Assembly: GCA_020845775.1 (NCBI GenBank)
Contig: JADLFC010000121.1
Location: 1-60,684, forward strand
DNA length: 60,684 nt
DNA from: Deltaproteobacteria bacterium
GTDB lineage: Bacteria; Bdellovibrionota_C; UBA2361; SZUA-149; JADLFC01
Direction: 5' to 3'
Each line of letters opens with the position of its first letter. Position 1 is the first letter of the stretch. Below the pieces are notes generated by a model. That model was not told the origin of the DNA, made no database searches, and saw only the letters and a list, made by a program, of their open reading frames with translations. The position numbers and the translations under genes were made by a program. Of this stretch, positions 49,224 to 56,095 are shown one piece after another.

Positions 49224-50873
49224 ATGGGATCTGGAGGAATAAGCAGTCTCTTAAATATAAGCAAAAGTTCGCTCTTTGCTCAGACTCAAGCAATTCGAGT
49301 CATTGGCGACAACATCGCTAACGCCAATGTCGAGGGATATAGCAGAAGACGCGCTAATATTGAGACACTTACTACTAGCGCAGACGCCAACAGCATTTCT
49401 CTAGGTAGTGGTGTAAACGTTAGAACGATTTCCCGCCTCGTAGACAAGTTCTTAAGCAGTCAGATTCACTCAGCGACTTCGGATCGGGCAAAAAGTGAAA
49501 TACGCGATGAATTACTATCGCGTGCCGAAGGCCCTTTTTCCCTAGAAGACACGGTAGGGCAAATTGGTTTCCAATTATCGGAATTCTTTAGTTCTCTAGA
49601 CGACCTATCTGCCGATCCGGCAAACATGAGCTTGCGACAAAATGTCATCGAACAGGGCGCAAGCCTTTCACAAGCTATTCAGTCTTCGTACGAATCTATA
49701 GCGAGTTTACAAAGGGAGGCCGACAATCGAATTGGATTAGTAATTGGCGAAGTTAACAGCATGACCGCCGACATTGCTGAGTTAAATACGCAAATAAGCA
49801 CACTGGAAATCTCGGAGCAGGAAGCTTTAGCTCTGCGAGACAAAAGAGACCAACTATTAAAGGAACTATCCGAAAAGCTTTCGATTAACTCAGTAGAAAA
49901 TGGCGATGGAACTGTCTTGGTTTCACTTAGCAACGGATTTACGCTTGTAAATGGCTCAAGCGCTAGAGCTTTGGACTTCACTGCGTCGCCAAGTTTTGCT
50001 CCCGTTAGCGGCTATCCACCTGGCTTAGACAACAGCGCCCTTCGCCACATAGTTTATGACTACGACTCTAGCTCGACGACGGAACATATAGATTTGACAA
50101 GCGTCATCGGAACCGCTGGCGGCGAACTCGGTGGCCTACTAAGCCTTCGCGGTATTCAGTCCGATACCGACACTTCCGCCTTTGATGCAAGCGGCGACTT
50201 GGTATTAATTGGCGCTCGCATAGAAGCGGTCGCAAGAGATCTACTAGTGCGCTTCAACCAAACCTACCTAGGCCCGGTGGACGAAGATCCAGTCACAGCG
50301 GGATTTCAAGCTTCCTCAGTAGATCTTAACGGCAATAATCCCTCTCCATTTGGACTTTTTACCGTTGCTGGGGCAAGCGATGACGATGCCGACGGTCTCC
50401 CCAGTATTGCGGACCTTCAAGCATCCACCAGCTTCGTCGGATATGCTAGCGCAATTTCGTTTAACATATCCGATCCGGCTAATATCGCCGCGGCAATTGA
50501 CTTGGATACAGCGACGAGCGGCTCCACTCCATTTGGCGATGCAGACAACACAAATATTAGAAATTTGGTCGCGCAAAGAAATGTAGAAACTAACTACAGC
50601 GTGGGAGCATTCTCGGCAACTGCTACACTTGAAGACCTTTACAACACGACAGTAACCTATGTTGGAAGCCAAGCTAGTTCTGCTGCTACAAATTTAGCAA
50701 TTAACACAACCAGAGAAGAACAGGTTCTTGCATTGCAGCAAAACACCTCAGGGGTAAGTCTCGATGAAGAATTCGCTCAGTTAATCAAATTTCAAAGAGC
50801 CTACGAGGGATCTGCCCGAATGATTCAAGTTGGAGACAACCTATTACAAGAACTAGTTCGGTTACTTGGGTAA
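49224..50873 (+). CDS. flgK: Flagellar hook-associated protein 1 FlgK
   Basis: 549 aa. N-terminal LLNISKSSLFAQTQAIRVIGDNIANANVEGYSRR and C-terminal GVSLDEEFAQLIKFQRAYEGSARMIQVGDNLLQELV. Confidence 0.88.
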   Translation: MGSGGISSLLNISKSSLFAQTQAIRVIGDNIANANVEGYSRRRANIETLTTSADANSISLGSGVNVRTISRLVDKFLSSQIHSATSDRAKSEIRDELLSRAEGPFSLEDTVGQIGFQLSEFFSSLDDLSADPANMSLRQNVIEQGASLSQAIQSSYESIASLQREADNRIGLVIGEVNSMTADIAELNTQISTLEISEQEALALRDKRDQLLKELSEKLSINSVENGDGTVLVSLSNGFTLVNGSSARALDFTASPSFAPVSGYPPGLDNSALRHIVYDYDSSSTTEHIDLTSVIGTAGGELGGLLSLRGIQSDTDTSAFDASGDLVLIGARIEAVARDLLVRFNQTYLGPVDEDPVTAGFQASSVDLNGNNPSPFGLFTVAGASDDDADGLPSIADLQASTSFVGYASAISFNISDPANIAAAIDLDTATSGSTPFGDADNTNIRNLVAQRNVETNYSVGAFSATATLEDLYNTTVTYVGSQASSAATNLAINTTREEQVLALQQNTSGVSLDEEFAQLIKFQRAYEGSARMIQVGDNLLQELVRLLG

Positions 50874-50892
50874 CAAGACAGGGGGTTAACAA

Positions 50893-51885
50893 ATGCGAGT
50901 TACAGACGCTCAAATAACTAGATCCTTTATTGCGCAAATTTATAGGCAACGAAACGCTTTAATTGACGTTCAACGAGAAGTGTCGAGCGGTATTCGCGTC
51001 GCTAATCCTAGCGATGATCCGGCCCATGCTGGCACTATAGCTCAATTTCAAAGCTCTCTTCAGCGCTTTGAGCAACACAAAGAACGGATGTCGTACGTAA
51101 CAAATCTGCTGCAGCAGCAGGAGAGCATTCTTGCCTCCTCTGGCGACCTTCTTATTAGGGCGAGAGAACTAGCTCAACAGGGCGCTAATGAGACTCTTTC
51201 CGAGGAACAACGCAGGACTCTAGGAGATGAGGTATTTCAGTTAAGAGATGCTCTGGTATCCCTTGCAAACTCTAAAGTACAAGGTCGATATATTTACGGT
51301 GGAGCCGATGACGACGACCCGCCATTTGATTCCGCAACATACGTAAACCCCGCTACGGGCGCGGCGAGTGAAAGATGGGTATTTGATTCTGCCGACGCCG
51401 GGCAAGACGTTACTAGGGAAGTGAGCATAACTGATAGTTTAAGCGTGAGAGTTAGCACTTCTGGCCAGGACGTGTTTGAGAACTCGATTGCAGCACTTGA
51501 GCGCCTAGGTCGTGCACTAACAGGATATCGCACAGAGCCCGAAGACCTCTCGACATTGCCAGATGGAAACGGCGTAGCCTTTAACTTTCCCGCCGAATAC
51601 CAAGAACAAACGGAGGATATCTTAGAAGCACTCGATCTAGTCGAAAGCGGAGCCGACGAGGTTAAAACCGAGAGAGCTAGTATCGGCAGTAGGCTCTCGA
51701 GAGTCCAAGTAGCTTCCGAAATCATGGATATCGCAACAATCGACACCCAAACGGCCAGGCAGGCTGTCCAGGACGCAGACATCTTTGAAGCAGCCTCAAA
51801 GCTCGCCAACTTTCAAACTAACCTCGAAGCAACTTTGGCCAGCGGCGCTCAACTTTCGCGCCTTTCGCTGATGGATTTCATCTAA
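50893..51885 (+). CDS. flgL: Flagellar hook-associated protein 3 FlgL
   Basis: 330 aa. MRVTDAQITRSF..., flagellin-like N and C termini (DADIFEAASKLANFQTNLEATLASGAQLSRLSLMDFI). Confidence 0.85.
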   Translation: MRVTDAQITRSFIAQIYRQRNALIDVQREVSSGIRVANPSDDPAHAGTIAQFQSSLQRFEQHKERMSYVTNLLQQQESILASSGDLLIRARELAQQGANETLSEEQRRTLGDEVFQLRDALVSLANSKVQGRYIYGGADDDDPPFDSATYVNPATGAASERWVFDSADAGQDVTREVSITDSLSVRVSTSGQDVFENSIAALERLGRALTGYRTEPEDLSTLPDGNGVAFNFPAEYQEQTEDILEALDLVESGADEVKTERASIGSRLSRVQVASEIMDIATIDTQTARQAVQDADIFEAASKLANFQTNLEATLASGAQLSRLSLMDFI

Positions 51886-51934
51886 CTTTTTGATTGCCAG
51901 CATCTAGCTAACGGTAGTAACCATTAGGTTTTAT

Positions 51935-53653
51935 ATGTATCGTTTTACTAGAAATTGCACTAGCCTCTTTTGTATACTGTTTCCAAAAAGTAAGTTAAAT
52001 ATTTTACTTTTTGGAAACAGTATTTGTTGTTTATTGGCAAGTGCTTACGCACTTGCTGTTTATAGCATTTACAAAAATCCTTTTTGTAAATGCTATAAAT
52101 TTTGCTGCCTTGCGCTAGTGGTTCTTGTTTGCCCGTCACTTGCACTAGCTGGCAAAGGAGAAATAACAGCCGTAGAAACTAGCATCGATCTCGGTGCAAA
52201 CGGCGATGCAACAGTAATGTATTACGTAAGCTGGAGGGTTTTATCAGGCGAATTTCACGGTTTTTACTTTAGCGGAAACGACCGCCTCGAAATCAGTGGC
52301 TTCCTCGATCACAGTTATGCTCTCGACTCATTTGGGAAAAGGCACAAGTTAGATATTTCGTGGGAGGGCCGCGACAAGTGGGATATCGTACTTGCTAACG
52401 GCGAGGGTGTTTCATCGGGCGATGTTCATTTCTTTCTCTTCTTTCGCAGTAATTTTAGCCGAGCGGGGTATTTAGCCCACACTAAGGCGGGGGACAAGGA
52501 CTTAGCGGTGTTTAATTGGGCTCCCGTCGAATGGGATGAAGTTGCTCCAAAGAGCCATTATACCCTACGCATTATATTTCCACATCAAGTATCAAGTGGA
52601 GTTAATTTGCGTTCTTATGTAGATAACAGGCAATTACTCCTAACCGAACCCTGGGTAAATGAGAACTACGCGATTGACTTTTTTAGGGGTGGAACAAATA
52701 ACGATGGGCTGGGAGTTCTCTTTCACAAGGAGAATCCGGGCAATCACTTTCACATGAGAGTCCAATTTTACCTGCCGTATGAGTGGTTTAATTTTCCACA
52801 AACATATGCCTCAAAACTCACTTCTGAGTTACCTCTGCATAACAAAGTTGCATTAGGAGTTGGATTTGCATTAGTTGGCATGGGATTTATTTTTGTATTT
52901 CTTGGCAAGCAACACTCCCTATTAGCAGCCCACAAGGGTTTAAATGACATCCGTTGGGAGAACATAGATTGGACCCCACCAAAACTCGAGCTATCGACAT
53001 TTCGCATAAAGGGGAAAGTGTGCAAGGATCTCTCTCCCCTCGAAGCAGCGTTCTACCTGGAAATTCCTTTGAAGCGCATTTTAAGCGGGATGCTTAGCTC
53101 CCTTGAGGAAGAAGGGTTTTTGAAAGTAATCTCCCAGTCGCCTCTTAAAGTGCAAACACTTAGGAGCAGTTATGAAGGCACTGGAACTGAGTACAGCGGA
53201 TACGAGCAATATTTCTTAAACACTCTACACGACGGAGACTTTTCGCAGGACGAGCTAGAGTCTCTGATGAATACCATCATCAAAAACATTCAAAAGAAAG
53301 CTTGGGACTGCGACATAGAAGCTACGAAAGCCTATTATGGCACTTTAGTGCACGATGCCATCGGAAAGAACACTGCTCAGGATATATTCCTTCAAGATGA
53401 GGCATGGCACCAGTGGTACCACCGATCCTCTTACCGACGAGATTTGTCGCGCGATCGAGCTAATCCATACCGCTATGAGCATGTTATGCCGGTTACCGTG
53501 GATCATTTGCTACAAGGGGTCGGAGTAAATGCCGATATGACTGCTTGTCACGATGCCTGTCATTCGGCTTGTCACTCCGCTTGCCATTCCGCCTGCCATT
53601 CAGCCTGCCACTCGGCTTGCCATTCAGCTTGCGTAAGTGGAGGTTCACATTGA
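51935..53653 (+). CDS. DUF2207-like single-pass membrane protein ending in a Cys-His tetrapeptide repeat, ACHD-(ACHS)x6-AC
   Basis: Signal-like KFCCLALVVLVCPSLALA|GKG. The ecto-domain GEITAVETSIDLGANGDATVMYYVSWRVLSGEFHGFYF and the post-TM DLSPLEAAFYLEIPLKRILSGMLSSLEEEGFLKVIS resemble DUF2207. TM at about residues 305-324. The C-terminal 38 aa are MTACHDACHSACHSACHSACHSACHSACHSACVSGGSH. The real start is uncertain because codons 13-54 are repeat copy 4. Confidence 0.7.
   Translation: MYRFTRNCTSLFCILFPKSKLNILLFGNSICCLLASAYALAVYSIYKNPFCKCYKFCCLALVVLVCPSLALAGKGEITAVETSIDLGANGDATVMYYVSWRVLSGEFHGFYFSGNDRLEISGFLDHSYALDSFGKRHKLDISWEGRDKWDIVLANGEGVSSGDVHFFLFFRSNFSRAGYLAHTKAGDKDLAVFNWAPVEWDEVAPKSHYTLRIIFPHQVSSGVNLRSYVDNRQLLLTEPWVNENYAIDFFRGGTNNDGLGVLFHKENPGNHFHMRVQFYLPYEWFNFPQTYASKLTSELPLHNKVALGVGFALVGMGFIFVFLGKQHSLLAAHKGLNDIRWENIDWTPPKLELSTFRIKGKVCKDLSPLEAAFYLEIPLKRILSGMLSSLEEEGFLKVISQSPLKVQTLRSSYEGTGTEYSGYEQYFLNTLHDGDFSQDELESLMNTIIKNIQKKAWDCDIEATKAYYGTLVHDAIGKNTAQDIFLQDEAWHQWYHRSSYRRDLSRDRANPYRYEHVMPVTVDHLLQGVGVNADMTACHDACHSACHSACHSACHSACHSACHSACVSGGSH
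51973..52097 (+). repeat. Triple-palindrome intergenic repeat, copy 4
   Basis: Differs from copy 5 only by a compensatory pair in hairpin A (tatacTg.../...cAgtat). It shares the tatagc...gctata variant of hairpin C with copy 5. It lies inside the 5' end of the long track ORF 51935..53653. Confidence 0.92.
53543..53632 (+). repeat. 12-nt tandem coding repeat (7.5 units) encoding A-C-H-(D/S)
   Basis: gct tgt cac gat / gcc tgt cat tcg / gct tgt cac tcc / gct tgc cat tcc / gcc tgc cat tca / gcc tgc cac tcg / gct tgc cat tca / gct tgc. Apart from the first unit's Asp codon, the units differ only at synonymous third positions. Confidence 0.95.
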
Positions 53654-53665
53654 GGTGACAGTTCT

Positions 53666-55051
53666 ATGCTGACGAGAGTTTTTAAACGGTTTACTAAGCC
53701 TTCTAAGCAGAACCCTAACCTTGACGAAGTGATTAGCGGCATTAACCTTTCTTGGGTCGATGAGTTCATAGAAAATGTTCGGCCATACGTTTTCGTTAGA
53801 ACAGAAGATAACATTTTAATAAAGCGCCCCAACAACGCGGTAAAGTTAAATCCATCGGGCGCTAAATTTTTGAAATTCCTATTGGAGGGCCATAAGCTAC
53901 ATGAACTCCTTAGGGCGGTTGATTCCGATGTAGCTAAATTAAAACAGCTTGAAGAATTCCTGCGAGCCGTTAGATTGCATTTGGAAAACAAGCTGGATCC
54001 TCTTGTCCATATGCCCGCAGTGGAGATCCTTCCTTTCGACATGAGTTTTAGTGAGTATCCAGTTTTGTCAGAAATCGCGCTTACGTATCGCTGTAACCTT
54101 CGATGTAAATTCTGCTACGCTGGCTGCAACTGCACGACTAATCCAGTAGGCAGCAAGCATGAACTCAGTTCGGCAAACATAAAGAAGGTTATTCATAAAC
54201 TCTTTAACGATGCAAAAGTGCCGTCAGTTAGTTTTACAGGCGGAGAGCCTACGCTCGTGAGCGAGCTTTTCGACTACATCTCCTACGCAAAAACGCTTGG
54301 AATGAGAGTAAACCTAATTACAAATGGCTCTCGCATTACAGAAAAATACGCTCAAGCCCTAAAGGAAAGCGGGTTGGACTCGGCTCAAGTAAGCGTTGAA
54401 GGAGTCAATGCTGATACTCACAATGAAATTGTGCAGGCGAGCTCATTTGCTAAATCCGTTGCTGCAGTGCGCCATTTAAGGGAAGCTGGGATATTTACGC
54501 ATTCCAATACAACTATCAATCGAATAAACTTAGCAGAATGCCTAGAGTTCCCGCGTTTCGCAAGAGACATCTTAGGTTGCAATCGCTTTAGTATGAATCT
54601 CATGATCCCCACCGGAAGCGGTGAGCTTAACGATGAGATGGTAGTGCCGTATTCTGAGATAGGGCCATACATAGAGCGCATTCGGGACGAAAGCGAAAAA
54701 GTTGGCGTGGAATTCATGTGGTACTCGCCGGTTCCCATGTGTATGTTTAACTCGATTGTAAATGGACTTGGGAACAAGGGTTGCAGTGCCTGCGACGGGC
54801 TTATTTCTATCGGCGCTAATGGAGCACTTTTACCCTGCGCTTCATATGACGAAAATTTGGGGGATTTTCTTTCCGAAGATTTTTCGACCTTGTGGAAGTC
54901 ATCTAGATCAGCGCAATTTCGCAAGAAAGATTTAGCGCACGACGCTTGCAAAAAGTGCGAGCACTTTCACATATGTAACGGCGCATGTCCCCTTTACTGG
55001 CGGAATCAAGGATACGAGGAGCTCACAAAAACTTTAGGAGACACTAATTGA
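53666..55051 (+). CDS. Radical SAM / SPASM-domain peptide-maturase-like enzyme with N-terminal RRE-like extension
   Basis: CNLRCKFC (Cx3Cx2C, residues 143-150, nt 54092..54115), FTGGEPTL, and additional Cys ligands (GCSACDG, LLPCASY). The C-terminal CKKCEHFHICNGAC is the SPASM Cx2Cx5Cx3C motif. GAGG SD 8 nt upstream of the ATG, 12 nt after the stop of the repeat-tailed gene. Confidence 0.9.
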   Translation: MLTRVFKRFTKPSKQNPNLDEVISGINLSWVDEFIENVRPYVFVRTEDNILIKRPNNAVKLNPSGAKFLKFLLEGHKLHELLRAVDSDVAKLKQLEEFLRAVRLHLENKLDPLVHMPAVEILPFDMSFSEYPVLSEIALTYRCNLRCKFCYAGCNCTTNPVGSKHELSSANIKKVIHKLFNDAKVPSVSFTGGEPTLVSELFDYISYAKTLGMRVNLITNGSRITEKYAQALKESGLDSAQVSVEGVNADTHNEIVQASSFAKSVAAVRHLREAGIFTHSNTTINRINLAECLEFPRFARDILGCNRFSMNLMIPTGSGELNDEMVVPYSEIGPYIERIRDESEKVGVEFMWYSPVPMCMFNSIVNGLGNKGCSACDGLISIGANGALLPCASYDENLGDFLSEDFSTLWKSSRSAQFRKKDLAHDACKKCEHFHICNGACPLYWRNQGYEELTKTLGDTN

Positions 55052-56025
55052 TGCTTGCAACAATGTCGCTCCCTACATCTAAGTCGGCAATTGTGGTATT
55101 TCGTCTTTTTCCTTCACTTGGTTACGCCAAGCGAGTAATCCTGTCATTCTTGGCTATTGTTGCAGGTTTCTCACTTCAGGTTCTAACTATGTATTTTTTT
55201 CCTGGAATTGTTTTAGTGGCTGTCGGAAATCTATTTCTCTTAACTAAGGGTTACGACAACAACGTCGATTTTGGTTCCTTTAAACCAAACTCCCAGTGGC
55301 AGCGAGCTACCAGGGAAAAACTCCTAGAAATCAAATCGCTTAGCAAAAAAATAAAGATTTGGGACAGAAGTCTTATCGATATTACCAATGGCTTTGGACT
55401 GCTGACTTTCTTGATAATCGCCGGGATCTGTGGATATGCTTACCTATATGCAATAGAGGAACGTATCATTTGGATTCAATTATTAACTGTCAATCTAGCA
55501 CTCCTATTTCTTCCACATTGGATAACAGGCGTGCGGACGATTTTAACGCAAGCAAACCTGATTCTAAAAGTAGATTGCTTTCTTGAATTGCTGAAAAAGA
55601 CAGCTGGAGAGATACCGAACGATGAAATAAGCGTTTCACTCTTAGTCGAAGAAGACAAAGACAAGGCCTTGCCTTCAGACGTTAAGCTTATTTTAAAGCC
55701 TAAGAAATCACATCCGGATTTTCTGGGTTTACAAGCACAAATTGCGCTAAATGTCGTTCAAGGCTCGTCCTACATTTACTTTTATGTAGTCCTCTTAGCT
55801 AAGAAAGGCTATGGCCTAAATGACTGGGGCACGACATCTTATGCCGCTCTCTCAAACACTATAACTGAATTTTCCTATCAGGATGACGTTGAGGTGCTAG
55901 TAATTAGGCAAAAAACGACTAAAACTTCTGGCTACTATACAAAACCCAAAGTCGTCACTAGCCTTTTTCTGTCAGGTGCTAACTTTGCTAATATTGCTTG
56001 CGAAAAACCCTACTCGCAACATTGA
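55048..56025 (+). CDS. Hypothetical 4-TM membrane protein, translationally coupled to the radical SAM gene
   Basis: The ATG at 55051 overlaps the rSAM stop (TGATG); the track start is TTG at 55048. Two hairpins of TM helices, then a soluble domain of about 150 aa. No recognisable motif. Confidence 0.6.
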   Translation: MMLATMSLPTSKSAIVVFRLFPSLGYAKRVILSFLAIVAGFSLQVLTMYFFPGIVLVAVGNLFLLTKGYDNNVDFGSFKPNSQWQRATREKLLEIKSLSKKIKIWDRSLIDITNGFGLLTFLIIAGICGYAYLYAIEERIIWIQLLTVNLALLFLPHWITGVRTILTQANLILKVDCFLELLKKTAGEIPNDEISVSLLVEEDKDKALPSDVKLILKPKKSHPDFLGLQAQIALNVVQGSSYIYFYVVLLAKKGYGLNDWGTTSYAALSNTITEFSYQDDVEVLVIRQKTTKTSGYYTKPKVVTSLFLSGANFANIACEKPYSQH

Positions 56026-56045
56026 TAGAATAGGTGCTTATGAAT

Positions 56046-56080
56046 GCGGATGGGCATAAATAACATAAATGCCCATCCGC
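56046..56080. terminator. Hairpin between convergent genes (bidirectional terminator candidate)
   Basis: gcggatgggcat / atgcccatccgc, a 12-bp perfect stem around an 11-nt loop. It is 20 nt after the cassette's last stop and 16 nt before the protease gene stop. The flanking T tract is weak (gcactttgcc). Confidence 0.5.
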
Positions 56081-56095
56081 GCACTTTGCCTTTAC

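Noticed and set aside
53572-54042. Minus-strand ORF with an (EWQA)n repeat
   Set aside because: It is the antisense reading of the ACHS-coding tandem repeat and of the well-supported radical SAM gene 5' end. It is an artefact of repeat periodicity.
53666-55051. Interpreting the rSAM/SPASM protein as an anaerobic sulfatase-maturing enzyme, or as part of a His-Xaa-Ser (Hxs) system
   Set aside because: No sulfatase gene or C/S-x-P/A-x-R target is nearby, and anSMEs lack the ~110-aa N-terminal RRE-like extension. Hxs systems have H-x-S triplet repeats and, as I recall, two rSAM genes. Here the period is four residues, centred on Cys, with a single rSAM gene. Neither alternative can be formally excluded without HMM scoring.
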